Shown one piece after another: positions 1-10,239 of a DNA stretch of 64,000 nt; positions within the stretch are counted from its first letter, which is position 1, and each line of letters starts with the position of its first letter. The notes under the pieces are model-generated. The model searched no databases. It was given only the letters and a program-made list of their open reading frames with translations, and was not told where the DNA came from. Source of the DNA: Parcubacteria group bacterium Licking1014_17 (GTDB lineage Bacteria > Patescibacteriota > Minisyncoccia > 2-02-FULL-40-12 > IGHO2-01-FULL-4-A); the NCBI GenBank assembly GCA_007376485.1, contig VMGJ01000006.1, positions 779-64,778 of the forward strand, read 5' to 3'. The position numbers and the translations under genes were made by a program.

Positions 1-712
1 CGTAATCATAAAATTCCTTGGATGGTATTAATTCGCCGGGCATTGAGATAAACAATTCTTTATTGCCCAAAACGGCGATTTCAATTTCCTGATGTCCGGT
101 TAGCCCCTCTTCAATTACGATTTTAGCGTCATATTTGCGAGCTTCGTCTATTGCCGCGTTTATATTTTCAAAACTTTCAATTCTGATTATGCCCACCGAA
201 GACCCCGAATTGGATGGCTTCACAAAAACCGGCAATTGGAAATCGTTTTTTATTTCACTGATTATTCTGTCTATTCCATTTTGGCCCGCGGTTCCATAAT
301 TAATGACCCTAAATTTAACTTGGTTAATTTTTTGGCCGGCGAGAAACGTCTTAAAAACGGCTTTATCCATGCACAAAGCCGAACTTAAAACATGGCAACC
401 GCAGTATTTTATTTTTTGGCATTCCAATAAGCCCTGCAGGACACCGTCTTCACCAAATTTGCCGTGAGTCATCAGGAGAGCCACATCAAATTTTTCCGGA
501 AACCGCTCTACTGCTATTTGATTTTTTTTGTCGGGATTTTTCGCTCCTTCTATTTTATCCAATAAATAAAAAATGCCGTTGCTATGCCAATAAATCAAAG
601 CCAAGCCATATTTTTCATAATCAAAATTTCTTACGACGTTCTCGGCGGAATTCACGGAAACCTCCGCTTCATTGCTCAATCCCCCGAAAAATAGACCTAT
701 CGTTTTTTTCAT
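1..712 (-). CDS. ddl: D-alanine--D-alanine ligase (N-terminal ~237 aa; the gene continues beyond the window start)
   Basis: The ORF track omits it because no stop lies inside the window. ATG at 712..710. Translation MKKTIGLFFGGLSNEAEVS...ELFISMPGELIPSKEFYDY matches the Ddl N-terminal and central domains. Its start overlaps the stop of the upstream ORF by 4 nt (ATGA). Confidence 0.8.
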   Translation of the reverse strand, partial: MKKTIGLFFGGLSNEAEVSVNSAENVVRNFDYEKYGLALIYWHSNGIFYLLDKIEGAKNPDKKNQIAVERFPEKFDVALLMTHGKFGEDGVLQGLLECQKIKYCGCHVLSSALCMDKAVFKTFLAGQKINQVKFRVINYGTAGQNGIDRIISEIKNDFQLPVFVKPSNSGSSVGIIRIESFENINAAIDEARKYDAKIVIEEGLTGHQEIEIAVLGNKELFISMPGELIPSKEFYDY

Positions 713-1089
713 TTTGTTTTTGGCTTGATAAATTTTTCACCGACCATCTCCTTATATTGTTCGTCAATTGGCTTGATAGAGTTTTCATCAATGCAACTGG
801 TTTTTCTGCAGATATCGGGCCGATTTTCATAATCTTTGCATTTCCCGGTTTTCTTGTCTAAATTTGCGCATTCAAAAGTTTTAATTCTTATTGGTCGCCC
901 GCGTTCAATACTACTCTCTGGAATTATCGTTTCTTTCTTGTCTCTCCATATTTTTTCGCCTTTTTCATTTGTGGGTACCATATCATCCGGAAAATTTTCG
1001 TGGACTTTTACCGGATTGCAACACCAAGAACAATTTTTTCCCAAGCATGGACCGGGGTGATTTTTGACTTTTTCCTTACGTTCCATCAT
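709..1089 (-). CDS. Small Cys-rich protein (CxxxCxxCC cluster, YkgJ/UPF0153-like putative Zn/Fe-S binding)
   Basis: 126-aa ORF with GPCLGKNCSWCC near the N-terminus and further Cys residues. Translationally coupled to ddl. Confidence 0.4.
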   Translation of the reverse strand: MMERKEKVKNHPGPCLGKNCSWCCNPVKVHENFPDDMVPTNEKGEKIWRDKKETIIPESSIERGRPIRIKTFECANLDKKTGKCKDYENRPDICRKTSCIDENSIKPIDEQYKEMVGEKFIKPKTK

Positions 1090-1245
1090 TTTGATATTAG
1101 CATAATACGGCGTAAAAATGCAGGCAGCGCAGAGAACTGTTACTTTGCCCGAAAACTTTCGTATTTATTATATAGACGGTGTTTTTGTGTTATTTTAATA
1201 TAAGGTAATTAAAAGCCCCGCCGGTTCAGGCGGGGCGCAAAAAGT

Positions 1246-2649
1246 ATGAAAAAAAATAAATTTGGCGGATATATGGCGGTGCTTGCGGTTACGGCGGTTT
1301 TAATGTTTTCTATTCCGCTTCCCTCTCTTGCTTCTATGCCTCAGCCTCCGGTTCCGGACGGCGGTCTTGTTTTCGGTCAGAGCCATTATTATTCGGTGGT
1401 TTTCAGGGGCAACGGCGAGGCAGTGGTTTACGTTAGAATGACGCTGAATAATCAGAGCAGCAATCCCCTGAAAGAATTCAATTTTGAAATGCCCGGAGTT
1501 ACTCCGACTGAACTCTCGATTTTCCAGCAAATCTTAAAACCAATTTGCATCCGCTATGACTACGGAAAGGTAGTTCCTTTGGGCTATCCTTCCCCGGTTG
1601 CCCCGCCCAATGGAAAATGTCTTGAATATCAGGATGCCGGCAGTGAAGACGTCGGTAATTACATGAATTATTATCCGAATTATGACGGAAGAGTCGAGTA
1701 TAAAAAGATTGAATACGAAAAAATCGGCAATGAATACAAATTCAAACTGCCGACCGAAGTTGGAGCGTTCAAAGCGACAAATCTGATTATCTTCTATGCC
1801 GCCAAGGGCTATGTCAGCAAAAGCATGGGTTTGTTTAAATTCAACTTTGAAACTTTGAAAGTGCCGGCGAGAATTAGCTACTTAAGAGTCGCGATTGACG
1901 TTGATAGCAACCTTTATCTGAAGGGTATAAAGTCAAACGTGAATTATAACGACTGGGGAGTAACCGTCAGCGGCACACAAAAAGAAGTGGCGACTGGATT
2001 CGCCAGCCCGAAAATGGACAATGTCGTCTATCAGATCGGCAGCTATGGCGCGTTGGTAAAAGAAGCCAAAAACCTCTCCCCCAACGAAAGTTACACCGTC
2101 CGCGGCGATTATGCCGAGAATCAGTGGCGGCTTTATTTAAATTCAATAATTTGGACAATTGTCGCCATAGTTGCCCTAATTCTGTTTGCTTATTTTCTGG
2201 TTAGATTTTTGAGGCGGAAATACGCGAGCTATCCCACGGCCCTGGATGGTCAGAGCCAGATGAAAACCAGTTCAATCTTCGGGAGTTATCCGATGCTGGT
2301 AATTTTGGTTGGTCTCGGTTCGGCGGTGCTGGTGTTTTTGCTGACGATTTTATTCAACTGGCTGTTGCAATACGGCTGGTATCAGCTCTTCGGCTATTCC
2401 GGAGCGGTATTTCCGGCGTTGGCATTTATTGTCATTATCTTAATTTACATTTTTGCCATTTTCGGTCCCGGATTATTGCTGGCAAACAAACTCGGCTGGA
2501 AGGCACTTTTGTGGGTGGTTTTGTCTGAAATCCTCTGGCTTCTGATATTCTTCGTCATCTATGCCCTAGTGTTCTATAACAAGCCGCAGGTTTATCCTCT
2601 TTATAGAAGTGACGTGCCGATATTAGTGCCGAGTGCGGTAGAAAAATGA
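1246..2649 (+). CDS. Membrane protein with signal peptide and C-terminal multi-TM region; function unknown
   Basis: 467-aa ORF with an N-terminal hydrophobic signal and long hydrophobic segments at the C-terminus. Confidence 0.55.
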   Translation: MKKNKFGGYMAVLAVTAVLMFSIPLPSLASMPQPPVPDGGLVFGQSHYYSVVFRGNGEAVVYVRMTLNNQSSNPLKEFNFEMPGVTPTELSIFQQILKPICIRYDYGKVVPLGYPSPVAPPNGKCLEYQDAGSEDVGNYMNYYPNYDGRVEYKKIEYEKIGNEYKFKLPTEVGAFKATNLIIFYAAKGYVSKSMGLFKFNFETLKVPARISYLRVAIDVDSNLYLKGIKSNVNYNDWGVTVSGTQKEVATGFASPKMDNVVYQIGSYGALVKEAKNLSPNESYTVRGDYAENQWRLYLNSIIWTIVAIVALILFAYFLVRFLRRKYASYPTALDGQSQMKTSSIFGSYPMLVILVGLGSAVLVFLLTILFNWLLQYGWYQLFGYSGAVFPALAFIVIILIYIFAIFGPGLLLANKLGWKALLWVVLSEILWLLIFFVIYALVFYNKPQVYPLYRSDVPILVPSAVEK

Positions 2650-2706
2650 AAAACACTTGCCATTTATTAGGTTTTGTTTTATCTTTGCCTTGAAGGAGGA
2701 AAAATT

Positions 2707-3351
2707 ATGGACAGTAAGCAAGTTGAAAATTTTGCGGCGGATTTTCTTGGGTACCTGTATTTGCCAATTGAGAAATCAGCGAAGTTGTTTATTGTTGGTA
2801 TAATTGGTATTCCCGGCTCTGGCAGAACCACAGTTGCCAGAAAATTGGTCAGTCATCTGCCAGGGGTGGTTGTGGTGCAGGCAAACTCGGCGCGGTATCT
2901 GTTGAAACATGCCAATCTGCCTTGGGGCGACAATGTCCGCGAAGTCACGTGCGCCGTCGCCAGGAAGCTTCTATCGCAGGGATACAGCGTAATTTTTGAT
3001 GGTGGAGCCCTTGAACAGAAAGACCGCGACAACATCAAGAAAGCAGCCGCTCCAAGCAATGCCGAGGTTTTATTCATTCGGATTCATATAGACCCCTCAT
3101 TAGCTGAAACAAGAGAGATCGCGAAATATAACGACCCGAGGTGGGTTTCCAGTTTTAACGATTTTCGCGTAAACACACCCGAAAAAATGGCAGGGAATAT
3201 CCGAGTCCGCGCTGTGGTAGACGAAAAATTAGGCTCCCAGGAAATTCATGGTCTTATCACTGAAATTGACAACAGCGGAAGTTTAGCCGATCTCGATGCC
3301 CAAGTAGAGGCAGCAGTGGGGAATGTAAAGAATATTCTTGGCTCTCTTTAA
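2707..3351 (+). CDS. P-loop NTPase/kinase-like protein (Walker A GIPGSGRTT)
   Basis: Track ORF 2674..3351. The likely true start is the ATG at 2707, preceded by GAAGGAGG. Walker A motif GIIGIPGSGRTTVARKL. Confidence 0.5.
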   Translation: MDSKQVENFAADFLGYLYLPIEKSAKLFIVGIIGIPGSGRTTVARKLVSHLPGVVVVQANSARYLLKHANLPWGDNVREVTCAVARKLLSQGYSVIFDGGALEQKDRDNIKKAAAPSNAEVLFIRIHIDPSLAETREIAKYNDPRWVSSFNDFRVNTPEKMAGNIRVRAVVDEKLGSQEIHGLITEIDNSGSLADLDAQVEAAVGNVKNILGSL

Positions 3352-3522
3352 GTGTCCACGATACCGGGCAGGCCATTGCGCCTGCTCGTTTTTGTTTTCT
3401 CGGAGTTAAACTGATATGATTTTTTCAAATGATTTCCCTCTTAACTCTTGTTGAAAGACTTAGCTATAAGTTGTATAATTGAAAACAATAAATAATATTT
3501 TTTAAATATAATCCCAAATAAT

Positions 3523-3945
3523 ATGAAAATACCCCCAAAAGATATGATAATTGAGAAAGTTGAAATCGAGAAAAAACCCGATGGCATGTCGAGAACAACC
3601 ACAACCTTTAGGGAGAAGACGATGGAAGATGAAAAGGAAATAAATATTAAGGAAGCACAAGGGGAGGTGGGTACGTTAGAAAGAATAGAAGCGACTCTTA
3701 ATCCGTACTGGCCGGCAAGGCTCAGGGATATTGCCGAAAAGTTTAATGTTAGCGTATCTATGACCCTTCCCGTATATGAGGATAATGGCAGATTTTTTGT
3801 GTCTGACCCGAATGCCGAAGACGCGGTTTCTGGCAACCTTTTGGAAGTTAGAGTAAAGGATAAAAATGAGAAAGTAATATTTGTCTATCAAAGGGGAACA
3901 GAAAAATGGGTGCTTGGGTATCAACAGAAAGTCCATCACGGATAA
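3523..3945 (+). CDS. Hypothetical protein
   Basis: 140-aa ORF with protein-like composition, followed by a strong bidirectional terminator. Confidence 0.4.
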   Translation: MKIPPKDMIIEKVEIEKKPDGMSRTTTTFREKTMEDEKEINIKEAQGEVGTLERIEATLNPYWPARLRDIAEKFNVSVSMTLPVYEDNGRFFVSDPNAEDAVSGNLLEVRVKDKNEKVIFVYQRGTEKWVLGYQQKVHHG

Positions 3946-3975
3946 ATTTTAGTTGGTCTAAAGTGATAAGAGTAT

Positions 3976-4018
3976 CAAAAAATGGGCTGACGCGCGAAGC
4001 GCGTCAGCCCATTTGGCT
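3976..4018. terminator. Bidirectional rho-independent terminator (15-bp perfect stem, A-run upstream, T-run downstream)
   Basis: aatgggctgacgcgc-gaa-gcgcgtcagcccatt between convergent genes 3523..3945(+) and 4021..4464(-). Confidence 0.6.
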
Positions 4019-4020
4019 TA

Positions 4021-4464
4021 CTATGCTCGTTCCCTGCAAAGTTGTGAGAAGTAAATGGTGGTGAAGAACCCACCCAACGTCAGCGAGGTCAGCCAGATTA
4101 CAAAACCTCTAGACGGGTCGAGGGCGGTTGTTAGTGCAACCCCTGAGCAGAGAATCAAGAGAACCACAACACCCGCCCCGACGACCACCCCCCAAGACGG
4201 TTGGTAGAAAAAGCATTCTATAGCCTGCCCAAGCACCGCTGCAAATCCCGCCAGGACACAAACCAGCATGCAGAGACATACCGAGAAAGATATGTCCACC
4301 CAGATACCGGCGAAGCCTTGGTGATCTGCGGGCCTTTCTGGCATGGTTAGAATTGTTGCCAGCCAGATAGCAATTCCTGCGAGGGCAAGGACAACTAGCA
4401 GTCTTTTCTTCATACTCGTGCTCATGGTTCCTCTCTCCTTTCTCCCGACACGCACAATGCGCAA
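4021..4464 (-). CDS. Small integral membrane protein
   Basis: 147-aa ORF with four hydrophobic helices. Confidence 0.5.
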   Translation of the reverse strand: MRIVRVGRKERGTMSTSMKKRLLVVLALAGIAIWLATILTMPERPADHQGFAGIWVDISFSVCLCMLVCVLAGFAAVLGQAIECFFYQPSWGVVVGAGVVVLLILCSGVALTTALDPSRGFVIWLTSLTLGGFFTTIYFSQLCRERA

Positions 4465-4600
4465 CGGGGCCGAGTACTCAATGAACAGGGATACTTGTAT
4501 TATATCATAGAAAATGCGATAAAGTCAAGCTGTTAAAAATGCCATAAAACGGGCTAAAATCCTTTGTTTTTATTTATCTATAATTTAGAGTAATATTACT

Positions 4601-6763
4601 TTGTTTATGACCAATCTAAACACTCCCGTTGAAAAACTTAGCTATGTAGGGCCCAAAATGCTGCCGAGATTAAGGCATTTGGGTATTAAAACAATCCGCG
4701 ATTTGTTGCGGCATTTTCCGGCGAGGTACGAAGATTTCAGCAAACTAATATCACTGGCCGAAGTCGGGGAACCTAAAGTTGTAGTCAGCGTCAGGGGCGT
4801 CGTCAGGAAAATAAAAACAGACAGAATTTGGAAGCGCAGATTGGCAATTACCACCGCGATAATTGATGACGGCACAGGTAAATTAAGGGTCGTCTGGTTT
4901 AACCAGCCATATTTGCAGGATTCCTTTCCTGAAGGAACGGAATTGAGTTTGTCCGGCAAGACAGCCCTGGATAAACGGGGGCTATACTTATCTTCTCCGG
5001 TTTTTGAAAAAATAGGCAGAGCCGACGAAGATTTGGTCCATACGAGCAGAATCGTGCCAGTTTATCCCGAAACCGAAGGCGTTTCTTCCAAGTTTTTGAG
5101 ATTTTTAATAAAGCCGCTATTGGACAAACTGGGCGGTATCCCCGATTCTCTACCTGCCGAAATAGTAAAAAAATATAATTTTCCGGCTATCTCAAAAGCA
5201 ATAAAAAATATTCATTTTCCTAAAAAATTGGACGATGCCGAGGCAGCGAGAAAACGTTTTGCCTTTGAGGAACTGTTTTTATTCCAATTGAGAGCTTTGC
5301 TGGACAGGAAAAATCTGGAGAAAATGCCGGCTCCGAAGATTCTTTTTGATAAAGACGCAATTGCCAAATTCGTGAGAGGTCTACCTTTCCCGCTAACCAA
5401 CGACCAAAGATTGGCCGCTTTTGAAATACTGAAAGATTTGGAAAGAGGACGTCCCATGAATCGGCTATTGAACGGCGATGTCGGCTCCGGAAAAACCGTC
5501 GTTGCCCTGATTGCGATGTATCAAACGGTTAAAGCCGGTTACCAAGCGGTTATTATGGCGCCGACGGAGATTTTAGCTAAACAACATTTTGGCACTATTA
5601 CTTCAATTCTGGAAAAACAGAAAATAAACAACATAAAAGTCGGCTTACTGATTGGCAGTGAAGCAAGACAATGGCCCACGGATGAGATAACCGAAGCGGA
5701 TGTATCCAAAAAAATATTGAGAAACAAGGTGGCAAAGGGGCAGATAGACATTTTAATTGGTACCCACGCGGTCATCCAGAAAGATGTAGCATTTAATAAA
5801 CTGGCGTTGGTTGTTATTGATGAACAGCACAGATTCGGCGTGGGCCAAAGAATGAAACTGGTAAAAAATCAGGAGTTGGCGCCCCATTTACTCTCAATGA
5901 CCGCCACTCCCATACCTCGCACGCTGGCGCTGACTATTTATGGCGACTTGGATGTTTCATTGCTGAAGCAAAAGCCGGGCAACAGACCGAAAATTATTAC
6001 AAAAATAATACCGGCTAGAAGATCTGCGGAGGCTTATGAATTTATTGAAAATGAGATTAAAAAAGGCAGGCAGGTTTTTGTTATATGCCCTAGAATTGAA
6101 ACCCCATTAGAGACCGCGTCCGCCCAAGGCGGACTGCCTCTAACGGGGCAGGTTTCCCAAGCCAAACTAATGTGGGCGGAGGTCAAAGCCGTTACCAAGG
6201 AATTTGAGAAGTTGTCCAAGGAAACGTTCCCCCACCGCCGGGTGGCTATGCTTCACGGAAAAATAAAGCCCAAGGAAAAAGAAAAAATTATGAATGATTT
6301 CAGGGCGGGGGAATACGATATTCTGGTTTCAACTTCGGTCGTTGAGGTTGGCGTGGATATTCCCAACGCCACCGTGATGATGATTGAATCGGCGGAAAGA
6401 TTCGGCTTGGCCCAGCTCCATCAGTTCAGGGGCAGAGTGGGAAGAGGCGAGCACCAGTCGTATTGTTTTTTGTTCACCTCAAGCGGGGGAGAGTTTGGTT
6501 CCAGATTAAAAGCCCTTGAAAAAACCGGTGACGGCTTTGAGTTGGCGGAAATGGACCTTCAAATCCGCGGTCCCGGCGAATTCACCGGCGTGAAGCAGTC
6601 TGGCATTCCCGATTTAGTAATGGCTTCTCTGGGCGATATTGAACTTATAAAAAAAGCCAGAAGCGAAGCGGAGCAGATATTAAACCAATCTCCAACGCTG
6701 GCGAATTATCCCCTTCTGCGCGAAAGATTGGAGTATATCCAAAAAATGGTGCATTTTGAGTGA
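4601..6763 (+). CDS. recG: ATP-dependent DNA helicase RecG
   Basis: 720 aa. Wedge/OB N-terminus, Walker A GDVGSGKT, DEQHRFG box, helicase C motifs. Confidence 0.9.
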   Translation: MFMTNLNTPVEKLSYVGPKMLPRLRHLGIKTIRDLLRHFPARYEDFSKLISLAEVGEPKVVVSVRGVVRKIKTDRIWKRRLAITTAIIDDGTGKLRVVWFNQPYLQDSFPEGTELSLSGKTALDKRGLYLSSPVFEKIGRADEDLVHTSRIVPVYPETEGVSSKFLRFLIKPLLDKLGGIPDSLPAEIVKKYNFPAISKAIKNIHFPKKLDDAEAARKRFAFEELFLFQLRALLDRKNLEKMPAPKILFDKDAIAKFVRGLPFPLTNDQRLAAFEILKDLERGRPMNRLLNGDVGSGKTVVALIAMYQTVKAGYQAVIMAPTEILAKQHFGTITSILEKQKINNIKVGLLIGSEARQWPTDEITEADVSKKILRNKVAKGQIDILIGTHAVIQKDVAFNKLALVVIDEQHRFGVGQRMKLVKNQELAPHLLSMTATPIPRTLALTIYGDLDVSLLKQKPGNRPKIITKIIPARRSAEAYEFIENEIKKGRQVFVICPRIETPLETASAQGGLPLTGQVSQAKLMWAEVKAVTKEFEKLSKETFPHRRVAMLHGKIKPKEKEKIMNDFRAGEYDILVSTSVVEVGVDIPNATVMMIESAERFGLAQLHQFRGRVGRGEHQSYCFLFTSSGGEFGSRLKALEKTGDGFELAEMDLQIRGPGEFTGVKQSGIPDLVMASLGDIELIKKARSEAEQILNQSPTLANYPLLRERLEYIQKMVHFE

Positions 6764-6780
6764 AAATATTATCCGACACT

Positions 6781-6925
6781 CGGCCAACGCGCTTTTCGGG
6801 ACTGGAATTTCCCCAGCGTGGAAATTTCATCTGGTGAGATTGTCTCTGTTTGTCAAGGCATCCGCCAACCGGCGGAGCCGTTGACAAAACCGTGCCAGAG
6901 GCAATCTCAACAGCCCGAAAAGCAC
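6781..6925 (+). repeat. Structured intergenic repeat, copy 1 (about 140 nt, the same family as 27545..27690)
   Basis: About 85% identity with the copy after xerC. Conserved ttgacaaaacc and caatctcaacagccc. A long helix shows compensatory changes between the copies. Confidence 0.55.
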
Positions 6926-6990
6926 ATTGGCCTTGTTTTTTTATTTATCCCATGACAAACTGGAGTCAATAATTAATTTTTTTTAATAAT

Positions 6991-7650
6991 ATGAAGCCAA
7001 TAAACAATTTTGATACCCCCGATATTAACACCAATACCCGCAAGAGCTGCAAAAAAATGACACTGGCGATAATTTTGGCGGTGGTCATAACAGCCCTGAT
7101 TGTAGGCGGAATTATGTATTTATGGTTAGGGCGTAGCGGACAAACCCCAAATCCAATGGTTTCTTATACGCCCACTGCTACACCGACAAGCGTACCAATG
7201 GATACTACTGGCTGGAAAACTTATACAAACACACGATATGGATTTGAGTTTAGATATCCGAAGAACTGGTTTTTAATTGATAATTCAACCACCGGTAACG
7301 GGATCGTAAGCTCTTATGACGTCGCTTACTACGAGAAGGAGGATAACAAGAGTAAGATGATCGAAAATCCGATAAAAATTATATGGTCGGCTCTCGACAT
7401 TTCACCCAACTATAAAACCGCCGATGAGGAAATCAAAGCACTTTTGGCACGCTACACAACGCAGGTCAGCGAAACAAAGTTTAATAATTTTGTCGATTCC
7501 CCGGTGCTTGTAAGAAATGATGAAGGCGGTGGCACGACTTACTATTTGGCGCACGATAAATTTTGGGTGGAGATTGGATGCAGTGAGGCAGTGGCAGCGG
7601 CCAATCCAATTGTGGGGCTGGTTCTCTCAACCTTTAAGTTTACAAAGTAA
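6991..7650 (+). CDS. Membrane-anchored secreted protein with Pro/Thr linker; function unknown
   Basis: 219 aa. N-terminal TM segment, then a PTATPTSVP linker. Confidence 0.5.
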   Translation: MKPINNFDTPDINTNTRKSCKKMTLAIILAVVITALIVGGIMYLWLGRSGQTPNPMVSYTPTATPTSVPMDTTGWKTYTNTRYGFEFRYPKNWFLIDNSTTGNGIVSSYDVAYYEKEDNKSKMIENPIKIIWSALDISPNYKTADEEIKALLARYTTQVSETKFNNFVDSPVLVRNDEGGGTTYYLAHDKFWVEIGCSEAVAAANPIVGLVLSTFKFTK

Positions 7651-7666
7651 TTTCCTATTCCAGATT

Positions 7667-9226
7667 CTATTTCCTGTGTTTTGGTGTTACCCAGAAGCCC
7701 ATATAGCGTCCAAGCATCAAGCGGGTTTGAGCGTCCAAAGCCGGCACACAGCCCAGAAAAATAGTTGTCAGCGGGAATAAAAGCCACTGGACGACCATCC
7801 AAATATATTTGTGCCTGCCGTATTTTATTGGTCTTGGCGGGAGCAGAATTATTGAAAGTATTGAAGTGGTTATTAACCCGAACATAGATAGAAGCATAAT
7901 TATCCGGGTGAAGTAAGGAAGATTAAAAGAAAGAACTGTTTGGTTGAAATCCGAACCACCGACAAGAAGCGGCAGCCAACCCAGAAGGAATAAAATCAGG
8001 GCATTCGTTGCCCAGGACCAGTAGCCCTCTATAACCACAAGGGTATAAAAAAACTTTTTCGCGAAAGGAATCCGTCTGTTTTTTATAAAGCCGAAAAGGA
8101 AATAAGGGACATTTTCAGAGCCATAACCCCAGCGCCGGTGCTGCTTATAGACATTAATCATTGTTTTCCAGAAAGAAGGCGCGGAATTGGCATCCATGGA
8201 AACCGGGTAATATATGGGCACGACCCTGTAATTGCCGTCATAGCGCAATAAACACTGCCAGAAAACCCGCGAATCCTCATTAACCATATTTACCTGCCAG
8301 TAATCAATATCAATTAGAGCCGTCAGGGGCATTGAATGGCTTGAGAACGTAATCAGGTTTTCCGGCCTCTCCTGCTGAATCATCTGCCAGAAAGTTGATG
8401 AAAAAGAGACCACCCGTGCGAACGACGGCGCCTCCCAGATATTATTGGTGAAAAGCGGTATCGGCTGGTAAGAGGCGTGCAGGGGGTCAACGGATGTCAG
8501 ATAATTGTAGGTTAAAACGCCGAAATATTCAGGGTGGACCACTGTGTCCATATCAAAAGCCGATACCACTACTTTATTATGAGAAATGGCGTATTTGTTT
8601 ATTATATCCCTGACAGCTTGGCGCGCCGCCCAGGCGATATTTGAGCCCTTCCCTGCCTGTTCGCCTTCAATGCCGGACGGGTGTTTTGTTATCAGAAATC
8701 TGTAGAAGACGTCTTTGTATTTTGATTCAATGCGTCTAGTGATTTCTTGATTATGCTCCTCCCCGGCTCTCTCTTCTTGGGCAATAACCACAATCATTTT
8801 TTCTTTCGGGTAGTTCGCCTTAATCAAGCCCTCCAGCGACTCTGAAATAATTTCCGGTCCCTCTTTGTACGTAGGCAGGATAATCAGATGATAAATATCT
8901 CTCCAATTTACCACTCCCTTCACCGTGTATTCGGCATTTTTTATATCCTCTATTTTTTCCAGCCAGTTAATCTGCATATTTTTTCTCATTTGGGTGAAGC
9001 CGACGCGCAGATGGAGAGTCAGATAAAAAGTTTTAATTAGCCAGTAAATATCAAATAGAATTATAAAAATTGCCGCAATCAACGGATAATAAAATGAAGC
9101 CAGGACTATCGCTGCTAAAGTAATCCAGGACAGCATTCCCGGAAGCATTTCTAGCAATCTGTAAATAATGCGCCCACCGGCAGTCGGCAAGTCCGTGTAT
9201 TTTCCAATTTTCAGATTATTTTCCAT
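7667..9226 (-). CDS. Membrane glycosyltransferase family 2 (processive, cellulose-synthase-like)
   Basis: 519 aa. TM helices at both ends, DMD (DxD-like) motif, QHRRW (QxxRW) motif. Confidence 0.6.
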   Translation of the reverse strand: MENNLKIGKYTDLPTAGGRIIYRLLEMLPGMLSWITLAAIVLASFYYPLIAAIFIILFDIYWLIKTFYLTLHLRVGFTQMRKNMQINWLEKIEDIKNAEYTVKGVVNWRDIYHLIILPTYKEGPEIISESLEGLIKANYPKEKMIVVIAQEERAGEEHNQEITRRIESKYKDVFYRFLITKHPSGIEGEQAGKGSNIAWAARQAVRDIINKYAISHNKVVVSAFDMDTVVHPEYFGVLTYNYLTSVDPLHASYQPIPLFTNNIWEAPSFARVVSFSSTFWQMIQQERPENLITFSSHSMPLTALIDIDYWQVNMVNEDSRVFWQCLLRYDGNYRVVPIYYPVSMDANSAPSFWKTMINVYKQHRRWGYGSENVPYFLFGFIKNRRIPFAKKFFYTLVVIEGYWSWATNALILFLLGWLPLLVGGSDFNQTVLSFNLPYFTRIIMLLSMFGLITTSILSIILLPPRPIKYGRHKYIWMVVQWLLFPLTTIFLGCVPALDAQTRLMLGRYMGFWVTPKHRK

Positions 9227-9240
9227 TAGGGGTTATTTAT

Positions 9241-10239
9241 TCAAACCGCGAAAGCCAGCGAATAAAGGCTGTCTTCCATTTCCGTGACGCCGGCCTTGCT
9301 TCCTTTGTCCGCCTCGGCGATAAGACCGAAGATTTTGATAAGTTCGCTCATTTCCCACTTGCTTAAATACGCCGAGATTTTTTGCGCCACGTAAGGATGA
9401 AAACCGAACCGTTGGGCTATCGCCATTGCCGGTAATTTACTGCGTAAACCCTTAATTTGCAAAGCCGCCCGGAACTGCTTAGCGATAATAGCCAGAAGTT
9501 GGGGTGGCTCAATGTCCGACTCCATTTGTTTGTGAATGGCTCTGAACGCCGCCCGCCGGTTCCTGGCAAGCAGAGCATCGGTTACTTCAAAAACAGTCGG
9601 CCTGACGCGCGGTGAAGTGAGTAAAGCCACGTCATTGTGGTTAATTTCAGTTTTTTTATTGGCGGCGGCGTAGTTGGCTAATTTGTCAATTTCCTGCCCC
9701 AGCCAATAGCTTCTGTGAGGCTCGAAAAGCTCTTGTTCCTCTTTAGGGGCTCCGGTATCATAACTGAAATCCAGCAAAGATAAAACCGCCTTCTGGTCGG
9801 CGGTAATTCCCCTCTTTTTGAACTCGGATTTAATCCAAATCGGGTAGTCACTCTTTTTAAAAAGCGGGAGTTCCAGAACCTTGTTTTTTTTGCCGTTAAG
9901 CAAAGCAAAAAGTTCCTTTCCCTGCCGTTTTAACGCACTGGCGTCGGCGTATTCGCTGACAATCAGATTAATTTCCTTATCGGCGTCTATTTTCCACCTA
10001 TGAATCAATCCGGCAAGATTGTCGGGGTCATGAAAGGCGTTGGTTAATATCAGGCAACGGGGAGCGCCGAAAAAACTTCTTATTTTTACGTTATCCTCCA
10101 GCCGGTTTAAAGAGCCAGCTTCAGATAAATCAAGATGCGTGAAATCCGTTTCGGGAAAAGATTTTTTTATTTTTTCGGTGAAGTCGGCAAGAGCCAATTT
10201 CAGCCTGTAAGAATCTTTTCCGTATAGGAAAGTAATCAT
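9241..10239 (-). CDS. holA: DNA polymerase III delta subunit-like
   Basis: Track ORF 9241..10257. The likely start MITFLYGKDSYRL is at 10239 and forms an ATGA overlap with the upstream stop. N-terminus and size are holA-like. Confidence 0.55.
   Translation of the reverse strand: MITFLYGKDSYRLKLALADFTEKIKKSFPETDFTHLDLSEAGSLNRLEDNVKIRSFFGAPRCLILTNAFHDPDNLAGLIHRWKIDADKEINLIVSEYADASALKRQGKELFALLNGKKNKVLELPLFKKSDYPIWIKSEFKKRGITADQKAVLSLLDFSYDTGAPKEEQELFEPHRSYWLGQEIDKLANYAAANKKTEINHNDVALLTSPRVRPTVFEVTDALLARNRRAAFRAIHKQMESDIEPPQLLAIIAKQFRAALQIKGLRSKLPAMAIAQRFGFHPYVAQKISAYLSKWEMSELIKIFGLIAEADKGSKAGVTEMEDSLYSLAFAV

Noticed and set aside
1203-1245. GC hairpin gccccgcc-ggttcagg-cggggc immediately before the 1246 gene start
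   Set aside because: On the plus strand there is no U-tract. On the minus strand a T-run follows but no minus-strand gene ends there. The function is unclear (possibly an attenuator or a relic), so it is not called.
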